Positions 28,673 to 38,446 are shown, counted from the first letter of the stretch. The stretch: 43,871 nucleotides of DNA from a virus (IMGVR_UViG_2537561979_000006); one strand, 5' to 3'. The notes: generated from the sequence alone by a model not told the origin. Made by a program: numbers and translations.

Positions 28673-28882
28673 ATGGAAAAAATCACCACGTTTATCGCCT
28701 ACTGGCTGGCCGTGGGGCTGGCGTATGTCGGGGCAATGTCGCCCGAAAAGATGGCGCTATACGTGGGTGGCGGATGCGCCATTTTTACCGCGCTGACGAA
28801 CTACTGGTTTAAGCGCAAGACGTACCTCTACCTGACATCGCTCGGACTCGATAAAGGGGCTATTCGTGAAATCAATCGTTAA
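28673..28882 (+). CDS. Putative holin in the P2 lysis cassette
   Basis: About 69 aa with two TM segments, directly upstream of the endolysin. Confidence 0.65.
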   Translation: MEKITTFIAYWLAVGLAYVGAMSPEKMALYVGGGCAIFTALTNYWFKRKTYLYLTSLGLDKGAIREINR

Positions 28883-29375
28883 AAAATGCAGTGTGGCCGC
28901 CGTGCTGGCGCTGGCAGCGCTTATGCCTGACTTTCGTCTGCTTAACACCTCGCCCGGGGGGCTGGCGCTGATTGCCGACCTCGAAGGTTGTCGCCTGACG
29001 CCTTACCAGTGCAGCGCGGGAGTGTGGACGTCGGGCATCGGCCACACTGCAGGCGTCGTACCAAAGGGGGAAATCACCGAGCGGCAGGCGGCGGCGAATC
29101 TCGTCGCGGATGTGCTGAACGTCGAGAAACGTCTGGCCGTGTGCGCGCCGGTGAAAATGCCGCCGCATGTTTACGACGCGCTGGTCAGCTTCTCATTCAA
29201 CGTGGGAACCGGTGCGGCCTGCCGGTCGACGCTGGTCTCGTTTATCAAACGCCAGCAATGGCCGCAGGCGTGCGACCAGCTCACCCGCTGGGTTTATGTG
29301 AATGGCGAAGTTAACAAAGGGCTGGAGAATCGCCGCGCGCGCGAGCGTACCTACTGCCTCAGGGGGATTCAATGA
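28866..29375 (+). CDS. K: P2 gpK-like endolysin (lysozyme), possibly SAR-type
   Basis: 169 aa; hydrophobic N-terminus then EGCRLTPYQCSAGVWTSGIGHT catalytic region. Confidence 0.8.
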   Translation: MKSIVKKCSVAAVLALAALMPDFRLLNTSPGGLALIADLEGCRLTPYQCSAGVWTSGIGHTAGVVPKGEITERQAAANLVADVLNVEKRLAVCAPVKMPPHVYDALVSFSFNVGTGAACRSTLVSFIKRQQWPQACDQLTRWVYVNGEVNKGLENRRARERTYCLRGIQ

Positions 29376-29797
29376 AAGTGATGTTGTTTTTACTGGCTGC
29401 GCTGATGGCGGTTGTGCTCTGGCAGCGTCATGAAAACGGCAACCTGACGCGCTCGTTTGAACGGGCGAACAGGGTCGCCACGGAACAAAAAACCGCGATC
29501 GGAATGCTGAAAAATCAGCTTTCCGTTTCGCAGGGCATTGCCAGGCGAAATGAAACCGCGCAGGTCAGTTTACGCGGCGAACTGCTGGCCGCAGGTGCGA
29601 TGGCCGTGCGGCGTGAACAAACCATTACGAGGCTGATAAATGAGAATGAAACCTTACGCCGCTGGTATAGCGCTGAACTGCCTGATGTTGTGCGCAGGCT
29701 GCACATCCGCGCCGGTTGCGCCTCCGCCGGTCATTGTTTACAGCACCTGCCCGAAGGTCAGCTATTGCCCGATGCCTGGAAGCGAGCCAGTAATTAA
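29372..29797 (+). CDS. lysB: LysB-like i-spanin
   Basis: 141 aa with N-terminal TM, in P2 order after K. Confidence 0.75.
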   Translation: MKVMLFLLAALMAVVLWQRHENGNLTRSFERANRVATEQKTAIGMLKNQLSVSQGIARRNETAQVSLRGELLAAGAMAVRREQTITRLINENETLRRWYSAELPDVVRRLHIRAGCASAGHCLQHLPEGQLLPDAWKRASN

Positions 29798-29930
29798 TGG
29801 CGACCTGAGTGCTGATATTCGCAGGCTCGAGCACGCGCTCGCGGCCTGCGCGCTGCAGGTTGAAACCGTCAAAGACTGTCAGGATAAACTCGATGAAGAA
29901 AGCACGCAGCCTGCGCGAAGCGCTGATTAA
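29640..29930 (+). CDS. lysC: LysC-like o-spanin lipoprotein
   Basis: 96 aa overlapping the lysB 3' end in another frame; signal peptide with Cys (LMLCAGC); proline-rich. Confidence 0.65.
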   Translation: MRMKPYAAGIALNCLMLCAGCTSAPVAPPPVIVYSTCPKVSYCPMPGSEPVINGDLSADIRRLEHALAACALQVETVKDCQDKLDEESTQPARSAD

Positions 29931-30360
29931 AGCCGTTCCGCAGCTTGAAACGAACCCCGAAATGATGCGCATCTTTGCCGATGAGGGGAATATCGATGCA
30001 CGTCTCGCGGCCTCGCTGTCGCACGAGAAAATTTATACGCTGAATGTGATCGTGTGTGACTTTGTGGGCGACCCTGATCTGATTTTCGTGCCGGTGGCCG
30101 CATGGCTCAGGGAAAACCAGCCGGATATCTGCACGCTCGATGACGGCCGCATAAAGGGCTACCGTTTCCAGATGGATTTGAACGACGGGGACAGCATCGA
30201 TATCAGTATCAGCCTGCAGCTCACTGAGCGAACCCTCATCAAAGAGGAAAACGGCGCGCTGCACGTAAGCTATGCCCCTGAGCCGCCGCTGCCGGAGCCC
30301 GCCACCCGGCCAAAAGAGCTCTATATCAACGGCGAACTGGTGAGCAAATGGGATGAGTGA
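29893..30360 (+). CDS. R: P2 gpR-like tail completion protein
   Basis: 155 aa from MKKARSLREAL..., same length as P2 R. Confidence 0.8.
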   Translation: MKKARSLREALIKAVPQLETNPEMMRIFADEGNIDARLAASLSHEKIYTLNVIVCDFVGDPDLIFVPVAAWLRENQPDICTLDDGRIKGYRFQMDLNDGDSIDISISLQLTERTLIKEENGALHVSYAPEPPLPEPATRPKELYINGELVSKWDE

Positions 30361-30814
30361 ATTTAAGCCCTTTGACGACAGGCTCGATGGTCTGATTGCT
30401 GCCCTGTCACCGGCAGCGCGCCGGAAGCTGGCCGGTGAGATAGCAAAAGAGCTGCGCAAGGCGCAACAACAACGCATCAAACAGCAAAAAGCCCCGGATG
30501 GCTCGCCGTATCAGGCGCGAAAGCGTCAGCCTCTCAGGGCTAAGAGCGGACGGATTAAACGGGCGATGTTCCAGAAGCTCCGCACCAGCCCCTACATGAG
30601 AGCCACTGGCAGTGAAAATAGTGCTGTTGTGGAGTTTACCGGTAAAGTGCAGCGCATCGCGCGTGTCCACCAGTATGGTCTTGAGGATCGGCCAAACTCC
30701 TACGCCAGTAACGTGCAATATGCAAAACGCCAGCTACTCGGTTTGAGTCGGTACGATAAAGATTTTATTGAAGATATTATCTATGGTTATTTAGATTGCA
30801 ATATGTATTTGTAA
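30353..30814 (+). CDS. S: P2 gpS-like tail completion protein
   Basis: 153 aa; the last ~20 codons are AT-rich, suggesting the moron boundary lies within the 3' end. Confidence 0.8.
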   Translation: MSEFKPFDDRLDGLIAALSPAARRKLAGEIAKELRKAQQQRIKQQKAPDGSPYQARKRQPLRAKSGRIKRAMFQKLRTSPYMRATGSENSAVVEFTGKVQRIARVHQYGLEDRPNSYASNVQYAKRQLLGLSRYDKDFIEDIIYGYLDCNMYL

Positions 30815-31098
30815 ATAAGATTTAAGTGTGTTATGTGTTGTATTTATTGCCAGTAAGTCATAAATGTTCTATCTTCACTATCTAATTGTCTTGGGTGTTT
30901 TTATATTATTTGATTGTGATGGGGTAATGTCCTCATTACACCTTTTTCGATAACATGTTCGGGAGTCTAGGCGTTTGCCGTATTAGAACGATTTTTTTAA
31001 ATTAGCATATCAGATTTATTGTGATAGATATGTTTTTGTTGTATTTTTAACACCCTCAGATTTTTCTTTCCCTTTTTTAAATTTTAACATGTTGTGCT

Positions 31099-32913
31099 TT
31101 GATGAATGGAGTTAGAATGAAGATAATAAATGCTTTATTTTCGACAGTAACGGTTGACCTAAAAAGAAAAACTTTTTATTTGGATTTGTTATTTCTGTTT
31201 GTTTGTGTATGGACGCTAATAGCCTCAGGTTCGGAGGCTCAATATTATCTCTTTAAGTTTATTAATAGTGATAGTTCAACACTCTACGGTAGTGTATTTG
31301 AAGATGCGATTGCGCGTATACCAACCTTTAATGAGTATGTTAAAGGTGCTTATTCATTTTCCGGCAGTTATGGTTTTTTAGCTGCTCTGATTATAGTTGT
31401 TGTGGCTTTATTTTATCAGACTACTGTTCAAATATTTATAGTTAGTATTATTAGTTCGGCGTTTGGGCTAACAGTAACGGATTTCTTGATGTTTGCTTTT
31501 AATGGAACTCTAACGACACAAGCAATGATAGAGTGTGTTATGGCAAACGCTTTGGGGTCACCTATAATTGCAAGCTTTATTGTTTTGCTTTTTTATATAA
31601 AAAAGTTTTTATTTAATGTGTCAAGCATTAATCTGGCTCTCAGGTATATATCAAATTATGTTGTTTACTCAATAATTTGTTTTTTGATTTTGTTTGTTAC
31701 TTACTATATCGTGTGTTTCTTTTATAGACCTACAGCAGTAAATTTTTCAGTCTCTACGTCTGAAGAGTTTTCTGGTGATTACTTCCTAAGTGATAAGAAT
31801 GATGTCTTAAAAGAAGCTAAGGGTTCTTTGTTAAAAGATCGATTTTCGCTATTAAACTCACCAGTAAAGTTAAATGGAACAATAAATGTTTTTGGTGAGA
31901 TCGATTCTATACTCTCAAAATTTAATGCGAGCGATGTCTATACTGTAAGAGTCTTGCCTTTATTAAACTGTATTGATGGGGGGGCAATTAATGCAGCGCT
32001 TGCTGACTATTTAAGTTATGAAGGCGTAAGGGGGTTTTCTATTAAATCTTCAGAATCAATGACTTTGATTACCTTTGGTGATAAGGCGGGATATGTTAAA
32101 AGTAATGATGAGCTCGTTAATATGTTTACTGTCAAAAAAAATAATAAATCGGGGTTTGATATTACTAAAGTTAATGATGGAGTGTTTAGTTATTATCCTT
32201 CTGAATCGAGTGGGAGCATGTATGTCGCTACTGGAGTGACTGATTTTAAAGGTGACCAGAGTAAGAAGGAAGTGAAGTACACGTTGGATGTAAATGGTGT
32301 GAAAAAAATATTCCATGTGGATGTGAGTAGGCTGCGCGCGAAAAATGCAGAAAGAAAATTACAGTGTCAAATTGCTTCATTCACAAGTTCATCCAACGAT
32401 GTATACATTGATGCAGGAGAGGCTGTATATGTTGGCGTACTTATCAAACCTATTCTTAATCAAAAGAATGAATATTTTTCACTTTTTAGCGAACGTGATA
32501 ATAAATTCGACGTCAAAGGGAAATTGCTATATGTACAGGCAAAAAATGTTTCGCGAGAAAACGTAGTAGGGCATTATGTTACAAAGGGATATTTGAACGG
32601 CTTTATTCTTCATTCCTTTGATAAGTTATCAATAGATGGGAAGAATGTTGAATCAAATAAAATGGATAATCTAATGGTGATGGGGGAGGGGATTTATGGG
32701 CATGTATCTGCGGACAATAATTTAGTTATTAGTGGTAAAGCCGATCTCTTCTATAAAAATAGATTGCGGCAAAACAAAACCTTATGGGAAACTTCGAGTG
32801 ATAATACATTAATCTTGGGTGGTATTGGAGCTTTAATGGTTTCCTTGTTGTTGTGGTGTGTAAATAGAATATATTCCTCTTTGAAGAAAAATGAAGTTAT
32901 TAATAGTTTTTAA
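31099..32913 (+). CDS. Polytopic membrane protein of unknown family encoded by an AT-rich moron
   Basis: 598-604 aa (probable start at the ATG at 31117, which has a GGAG RBS); about five N-terminal TM helices, a ~350-aa hydrophilic domain and a C-terminal TM anchor; strongly AT-rich; terminator-like hairpin 13 nt downstream. Confidence 0.75.
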   Translation: MMNGVRMKIINALFSTVTVDLKRKTFYLDLLFLFVCVWTLIASGSEAQYYLFKFINSDSSTLYGSVFEDAIARIPTFNEYVKGAYSFSGSYGFLAALIIVVVALFYQTTVQIFIVSIISSAFGLTVTDFLMFAFNGTLTTQAMIECVMANALGSPIIASFIVLLFYIKKFLFNVSSINLALRYISNYVVYSIICFLILFVTYYIVCFFYRPTAVNFSVSTSEEFSGDYFLSDKNDVLKEAKGSLLKDRFSLLNSPVKLNGTINVFGEIDSILSKFNASDVYTVRVLPLLNCIDGGAINAALADYLSYEGVRGFSIKSSESMTLITFGDKAGYVKSNDELVNMFTVKKNNKSGFDITKVNDGVFSYYPSESSGSMYVATGVTDFKGDQSKKEVKYTLDVNGVKKIFHVDVSRLRAKNAERKLQCQIASFTSSSNDVYIDAGEAVYVGVLIKPILNQKNEYFSLFSERDNKFDVKGKLLYVQAKNVSRENVVGHYVTKGYLNGFILHSFDKLSIDGKNVESNKMDNLMVMGEGIYGHVSADNNLVISGKADLFYKNRLRQNKTLWETSSDNTLILGGIGALMVSLLLWCVNRIYSSLKKNEVINSF

Positions 32914-32925
32914 TTGATTCAGGAA

Positions 32926-32946
32926 GGCGGGTTCGTCCGCCTTTCT
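32926..32946 (+). terminator. Terminator-like hairpin after the moron gene
   Basis: GGCGG-gttcgt-CCGCC followed by TTTCT; the T-tract is weak. Confidence 0.45.
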
Positions 32947-33033
32947 AATAATCTCAATTCCTTGCCTGTTGTTCCATTCCTGACAAAACTTCGCTCGATT
33001 GCCGATGAATTTACCAAGCGGCATCCTTTCCCC

Positions 33034-33675
33034 ATGAATAATCTAAATTCTCTGCAGGAAATCGCACGCGCGATCCGCAACCTTATCCGCACCGGCATCG
33101 TGACCGACGTCGACCACGACGAGGGGCTGTGTCGTGTCCAGACCGGCGGCATGCAAACCACCTGGCTGAACTGGCTGGCCTGTCGCGCCGGTCGCTCGCG
33201 CGTATGGTGGGCTCCGTCCGTCGGCGAGCAGGTGCTTGTACTTGCTGTCGGCGGCGAGCTCGATACGGCCTTTGTGCTGCCCGGCATTTTCTCTGACGAC
33301 AATCCCGCGCCGTCAGCCTCCCCTGATGCGTTTCACATGTCCTTTCCTGACGGGGCGGTTATCGAGTATGAGCCCGAAAACGGCGCGCTCACCGTGTCAG
33401 GTATCAAAACCGCTGACGTCACCGCGTCGGATTCCATTACGGCCACCGTACCGGTGGTGCTGGTGAAAGCGTCGAGTCGTATCACGCTCGATACGCCGGA
33501 GGTGGTTTGCACCAACAAGCTTACGACCGGCACGCTCGAAGTGCTGAAAGGCGGGAAGATGAGCGGGAGCATCGAGCACACCGGCGGGATACTGAAATCA
33601 AACGGCGTGCAGGTGGATAACCACGCGCACGGCAACGTACAGAGCGGCGGAAGCTGGACAAAGGGGACGCAATGA
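33034..33675 (+). CDS. V: P2 gpV-like baseplate spike protein
   Basis: About 213 aa from MNNLNSLQEIARAIRNLIRTG...; conserved spike core. Confidence 0.85.
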   Translation: MNNLNSLQEIARAIRNLIRTGIVTDVDHDEGLCRVQTGGMQTTWLNWLACRAGRSRVWWAPSVGEQVLVLAVGGELDTAFVLPGIFSDDNPAPSASPDAFHMSFPDGAVIEYEPENGALTVSGIKTADVTASDSITATVPVVLVKASSRITLDTPEVVCTNKLTTGTLEVLKGGKMSGSIEHTGGILKSNGVQVDNHAHGNVQSGGSWTKGTQ

Positions 33676-34022
33676 CGGTGCGTTATCTGGGAATGAACAG
33701 CCGGACCGGCCTCAGTATCTCTGAGGTTGAGCACATCCGGCAAAGCGTGCGCGACATTCTGGTCACGCCGGTTGGGTCGCGTGTCATGCGCCGTGAATAC
33801 GGCTCGCTCCTGTCGCAGATGATTGACCAGCCGCAGACCCCGGCGCTGCGCCTGCAGATTATGGCCGCGTGCTATTCCGCGATCCAGAAGTGGGAGCCAC
33901 GCGTAGACCTCTCGACCATTACCTTTGAACGGTCGGAGACCGACGGCGGGCTGTATGTCGACATCACCGGCACCCGCTCGACCGGCGGCCAGCCATTTTC
34001 CATCACCATTCCACTGAGTTAA
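33672..34022 (+). CDS. W: P2 gpW-like baseplate wedge protein
   Basis: 116 aa against 115 for P2 W; order V-W-J-I. Confidence 0.85.
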   Translation: MTVRYLGMNSRTGLSISEVEHIRQSVRDILVTPVGSRVMRREYGSLLSQMIDQPQTPALRLQIMAACYSAIQKWEPRVDLSTITFERSETDGGLYVDITGTRSTGGQPFSITIPLS

Positions 34023-34028
34023 ATCACT

Positions 34029-34937
34029 ATGGCAACCGTTGACCTGAATCAGTTACCCGTTCCCGATGTGGTGGAAGAACTGGACTTTGAAACCATTCTT
34101 GCCGAACGCATTGCGACGCTAATTTCACTCTATCCTGAAGACCAGCAGGAGGCCATTGCCCGGACGCTCACACTTGAATCAGAGCCGATTGTTAAGCTGT
34201 TACAGGAAAACGCCTATCGTGAAGTTATCTGGCGTCAGCGTGTGAACGAAGCCGCGCAGGCGGTAACGCTGGCCTATTCAACCGGTCGCGACCTTGACGT
34301 TGTGGCCGGGAACAATAATACCGGACGCCTGACCATTACCCCTGCTGATGACACCACCATACCGCCAACGCCTGCCGTTATGGAATCAGATGCTGACCTG
34401 CGACTGCGCACACAACAAGCTTTTGAAGGATTAAGTGTGGCGGGTCCGGTTGGCGCTTATGAGTATCACGGTCGAAGCGCTGACGGACGGGTCGCCGACG
34501 TCTCTGTCGAAAGCCCGTCGCCCGCCTGCGTGACGATTTCCGTGTTATCCCGTGAGGGTGACGGCACCGCGAGCCCTGAGTTACTGGCAATCGTTGAAAA
34601 AGCACTGAACGCCGAAGATGTGCGCCCGTTGGCTGACCGGGTGACCGTCCAGTCAGCCGAAATTGTGCCGTACCAGATTGACGCGACGATATACGTTTAC
34701 CCCGGTCCCGAATCTGAACCCATCAGGCAGGCCTCAGAGCAGAAGCTGCAGAGTTATATCAGCGCGCAGCACCGCCTCGGGCGTGATATCCGGCTGTCAG
34801 CCATTTACGCGGTGCTGCATGTTGAGGGGGTACAGCGTGTCGAGCTGGCATCACCACAGGCCGATATTGTGCTGAGCAAGTCGCAGGCGTCGAACTGTAC
34901 CGAGTACCAGATAACTATCGGGGGCTCGGATGAGTGA
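34029..34937 (+). CDS. J: P2 gpJ-like baseplate protein
   Basis: 302 aa, same length as P2 J. Confidence 0.85.
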   Translation: MATVDLNQLPVPDVVEELDFETILAERIATLISLYPEDQQEAIARTLTLESEPIVKLLQENAYREVIWRQRVNEAAQAVTLAYSTGRDLDVVAGNNNTGRLTITPADDTTIPPTPAVMESDADLRLRTQQAFEGLSVAGPVGAYEYHGRSADGRVADVSVESPSPACVTISVLSREGDGTASPELLAIVEKALNAEDVRPLADRVTVQSAEIVPYQIDATIYVYPGPESEPIRQASEQKLQSYISAQHRLGRDIRLSAIYAVLHVEGVQRVELASPQADIVLSKSQASNCTEYQITIGGSDE

Positions 34938-35538
34938 CCGGCTGTTACCCGTTGGCTCGTCGCCGCTGGAGGTTGCCGCCGCTGCCGCGCTCTCTGAGAT
35001 TCAGCGCGTGCCGGTAACGCTCCGCACTCTGTGGAACTGGCGCACCTGCCCGGTAAACCTGCTGCCGTATCTGGCGTGGGCGCTGTCGGTCGACCGGTGG
35101 GATGAGAAGTGGCCGGAGGCGACAAAGCGCAGCGTCTGCGCATCTTCGTTTTTCGTCCATCAGCACAAAGGCACCATCAGCGCATTGCGTCGGGTGGTTG
35201 AGCCGCTCGGCTTTCTGATTGAGGTGCGCGAGTGGTGGCAGCTCAACGAGGCGCCAGGCACTTTCCGCCTCGTTGTCGGCGTGCTCGACAGCGGCATCAC
35301 TGATGAAATGTATCAGGAGCTCGAGCGCCTGATTGATGACGCCAAACCGGCAAGCCGCCACCTCACCGGGCTGGCTATCAGCCTGAGTGCCACCGGCGAG
35401 CTGTATGTCGGCGCGGGATGCTACGACGGCGACGCGCTCACCGTTTACCCCTACACCCCCGAGGAAATTGTCGTCGGCGGTGAATATTACCCGGCCTCGG
35501 CCATCCATTTGATTGATAACCTGAGAGTGAACGCATGA
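34930..35538 (+). CDS. I: P2 gpI-like baseplate protein
   Basis: 202 aa, in order after J. Confidence 0.8.
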   Translation: MSDRLLPVGSSPLEVAAAAALSEIQRVPVTLRTLWNWRTCPVNLLPYLAWALSVDRWDEKWPEATKRSVCASSFFVHQHKGTISALRRVVEPLGFLIEVREWWQLNEAPGTFRLVVGVLDSGITDEMYQELERLIDDAKPASRHLTGLAISLSATGELYVGAGCYDGDALTVYPYTPEEIVVGGEYYPASAIHLIDNLRVNA

Positions 35539-36521
35539 CCGCAAAATATTTAGCCATTCTGACCAATCAGGGCGCGGCGCGGCTGGCGAACGCGGCGGCA
35601 CTCGGTACCAGACTAAACCTGACGCAGATGGCCGTCGGTGATGCGAATGGTACGCTGCCTACACCTGACCCGGCGCAGACGAAGCTCATTAACCAGAAGC
35701 GCATCGCGCCGCTGAACCTGCTGAACGTTGATCCGGCCAATACCAGCCAGATTATCGCGGAACAAATTATTCCCGAGAATGAGGGCGGTTTCTGGATCCG
35801 AGAGATTGGTCTCTACGATGATGAGGGGATTCTGATTGCCGTGGCAAACTGCCCGGAGACCTACAAACCGCAACTGCAGGAGGGAAGCGGCCGCACGCAG
35901 ACCATTCGCATGATTCTGATTGTGTCGAGCACGTCGGCCGTTACCCTGAAAATCGACCCGTCGGTGGTGCTGGCAACGCGGCAGTATGTCGAGGATAAGG
36001 TTATCGAGGTGAAAGCCTATGCCGATAATCTGCTGGCCGCACACCTCGCCGCTGCAGACCCGCACACGCAATACCTCAAAACGGCGGATATTGATAAATA
36101 CATTCCGGTCGGTTTTCCGCTGCCGTGGCCGCAGGCAACACCGCCGGAGGGCTGGCTTAAATGCAACGGCGCGGTTTTTGACAAGGTGAAATATCCAAAG
36201 CTGGCTGTCGCTTATCCATCCGGTAAATTGCCTGACTTGCGCGGTGAGTTTTTGCGAGGGTGGGATGACGGGCGCGGGATAGACAATGGACGAGCGCTAT
36301 TATCCGCTCAGGTCGGCTCTGGAGTTGGGATGTTCCTCGGTGGTCATTCAGATGGGACCGCATATATCCCATTGAGTGATTTCGACAGCGTTGTCGACAA
36401 CAGCCCGTCATGGTCACATGTAAATACCGCAGGGCTGATTTCTTCAATTGGTGGTCAACGGTCATCATTCGGCGCTCGCCCACGCAACATTGCATTTAAC
36501 TACATCGTGAGGGCGGCATAA
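35535..36521 (+). CDS. H: Tail fibre protein (gpH position), short chimeric form
   Basis: 328 aa against ~669 for P2 H; the C-terminus ends ...[14 protein letters not shown], the conserved ending shared with lambdoid side tail fibres. Confidence 0.75.
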   Translation: MTAKYLAILTNQGAARLANAAALGTRLNLTQMAVGDANGTLPTPDPAQTKLINQKRIAPLNLLNVDPANTSQIIAEQIIPENEGGFWIREIGLYDDEGILIAVANCPETYKPQLQEGSGRTQTIRMILIVSSTSAVTLKIDPSVVLATRQYVEDKVIEVKAYADNLLAAHLAAADPHTQYLKTADIDKYIPVGFPLPWPQATPPEGWLKCNGAVFDKVKYPKLAVAYPSGKLPDLRGEFLRGWDDGRGIDNGRALLSAQVGSGVGMFLGGHSDGTAYIPLSDFDSVVDNSPSWSHVNTAGLISSIGGQRSSFGARPRNIAFNYIVRAA

Positions 36522-37117
36522 TGGCAAAAGCGACACTTAACAAACAGGGCATTACCACAAAAGCCGGTGATATGACGGTTTATAACTATGACGGTGAAAC
36601 CCGCGAATATCTGACGTCCTCTGTCGAGTTTCTGGCGCTGGGCGTGGGGATTCCTGCTAATTCCTGCACCGATGCACCGGTCGAAAAAAAGGAGGGTTTC
36701 GCGGTGTGCCGAGCGGCCAGTCTTGACGGGTGGGAGTATGTCGCAGACCATCGCGGTGAGACGGTTTATGACACGGAAACCGGTCAGCCGGTCAACATTA
36801 CCGCACCCGGTGACTATGCCCCCGGTGTAACTACGTTTGCACCGTCTACCCCCTGTGACCGCTGGAACGGTAGCGAATGGGTCACGGATAAGGACGCGCA
36901 GAAAAACGGTCAGGTTAAGGAGGCAGAACAGAAAAAATCCGCGCTGCTGAATAAGGCACAAAGCACTATCAGCCTGTGGCAGACTGAGCTGCAGCTCGGC
37001 ATCATCAGCGACGATGACAAGGCCAGCCTGATTGCGTGGATGAAATACATTCAGTCGCTGAACGTGATCGACACCTCTGCTGCGCCGTATATTGAGTGGC
37101 CGGAAAGACCTGAATAA
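36521..37117 (+). CDS. G: Tail fibre assembly chaperone (gpG/Tfa family)
   Basis: 198 aa; conserved Tfa C-terminus (DDDKASLIAWMKYIQSLNVIDTSAAPYIEWPERPE). Confidence 0.8.
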   Translation: MAKATLNKQGITTKAGDMTVYNYDGETREYLTSSVEFLALGVGIPANSCTDAPVEKKEGFAVCRAASLDGWEYVADHRGETVYDTETGQPVNITAPGDYAPGVTTFAPSTPCDRWNGSEWVTDKDAQKNGQVKEAEQKKSALLNKAQSTISLWQTELQLGIISDDDKASLIAWMKYIQSLNVIDTSAAPYIEWPERPE

Positions 37118-37122
37118 ACGAA

Positions 37123-37146
37123 GCCCTCCACCCGGAGGGCTTTTTT
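37123..37146 (+). terminator. Rho-independent terminator after G
   Basis: GCCCTCC-accc-GGAGGGC followed by TTTTTT. Confidence 0.7.
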
Positions 37147-37240
37147 GTATGTTGTGTTATCCCTCCACCAACGGCATTGCATCGCGCCTGCGCGACACAC
37201 AACAGAAAATAGTCGCACCCCTAACCACGGAGTTAAACAG

Positions 37241-38434
37241 ATGGGCGACTATCATCACGGCGTCGAGGTCATCGAGATTAATGATGGCACGCGCACCATT
37301 TCCACCGTCTCGACGGCCATCATCGGCATGGTCTGCACGGCCAGCGATGCTGACGCAAAGACATTCCCCCTGAACGAGCCGGTGCTGATTACCAGCGTGC
37401 AAACGGCGATCGGTAAGGCCGGTAAAAAAGGCACGCTGGCAAAATCCCTGCAGGCCATTGCCGACCAGTGCAAGCCGGTCATTGTGGTGGTGCGCGTTCC
37501 CGAAGGTGTCGACGACCCGTCAGACCCGGAAGCGGCGCAGAAAGAAACCATTTCCAACATCATCGGCACGACCGACGAAAACGGCAAATACACCGGGCTG
37601 AAAGCGCTGTTAACAGCGAAAACCGTCACCGGTGTTAAGCCGCGCATTCTCGGCGTGCCGGGCGTGGATACGCAGGAAGTGGCGACCGCTCTTGCGTCGA
37701 CCTGCCAGAGCCTGCGCGCGTTCGGCTATGTGAGCGCGTGGGGCTGCAAGACCATTTCCGACGCCATTAAATACCGTGAGAACTTCAGCCAGCGCGAGCT
37801 CATGGTCATTCACCCTGATTTTCTGGCATGGGACACCACGGCGAACGAAACCGATATTGCATGGGCGACCGCCCGCGCGCTCGGCCTGCGCGCCAGAATC
37901 GACCAGGATACCGGCTGGCACAAAACGCTGTCCAACGTCGGCGTGAATGGCGTCACCGGCGTCAGCGCCTCGGTCTCATGGGATTTGCAGGAGCAGGCCA
38001 CCGACGCCAACCTGCTGAATCAGGCCGGGGTGACAACGCTCATCCGCAACGATGGCTTTAAATTCTGGGGTAACCGAACCTGCTCGGACGATCCATTATT
38101 CGTGTTTGAAAACTACACCCGCACGGCGCAGGTGCTGGCCGACACGATGGCGGAAGCGCACGCGTGGGCGATGGATAAGCCCGTTTCTGCAACGCTCATC
38201 CGCGACATCGTCGCCGGTATCAATGCCAAATTCCGCGAGCTGAAAAACAACGGCTATATCGTTGACGGCTCCTGCTGGTACGACCCGGAGTCAAACAGCG
38301 TGGAAACCCTCAAAGCCGGGAAACTGTATATCGATTACGACTACACCCCCGTCCCGCCGCTGGAAAACCTGACCCTGCGCCAGCGCATCACCGATACCTA
38401 TCTGGCAGACCTGTCAGACTCGGTCAACAGCTAA
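37241..38434 (+). CDS. FI: P2 gpFI-like tail sheath protein
   Basis: About 397 aa from MGDYHHGVEVIEINDGTRTIS...; 396 in P2. Confidence 0.9.
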   Translation: MGDYHHGVEVIEINDGTRTISTVSTAIIGMVCTASDADAKTFPLNEPVLITSVQTAIGKAGKKGTLAKSLQAIADQCKPVIVVVRVPEGVDDPSDPEAAQKETISNIIGTTDENGKYTGLKALLTAKTVTGVKPRILGVPGVDTQEVATALASTCQSLRAFGYVSAWGCKTISDAIKYRENFSQRELMVIHPDFLAWDTTANETDIAWATARALGLRARIDQDTGWHKTLSNVGVNGVTGVSASVSWDLQEQATDANLLNQAGVTTLIRNDGFKFWGNRTCSDDPLFVFENYTRTAQVLADTMAEAHAWAMDKPVSATLIRDIVAGINAKFRELKNNGYIVDGSCWYDPESNSVETLKAGKLYIDYDYTPVPPLENLTLRQRITDTYLADLSDSVNS

Positions 38435-38446
38435 GGAGCTCAGAGC

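Noticed and set aside
32941-33033. Possible Ogr-type late promoter dyad (TGT...ACA) upstream of V
   Set aside because: A TGT/ACA dyad is present at 32967-32985, but the spacing (13 nt) and its distance to the V start do not fit the TGT-N12-ACA element centred at -55 as I recall it.
34945-35601. 218-aa minus-strand ORF overlapping gpI and the H start
   Set aside because: Antisense to conserved baseplate genes; Arg/Ala-rich low-complexity translation; no RBS context.
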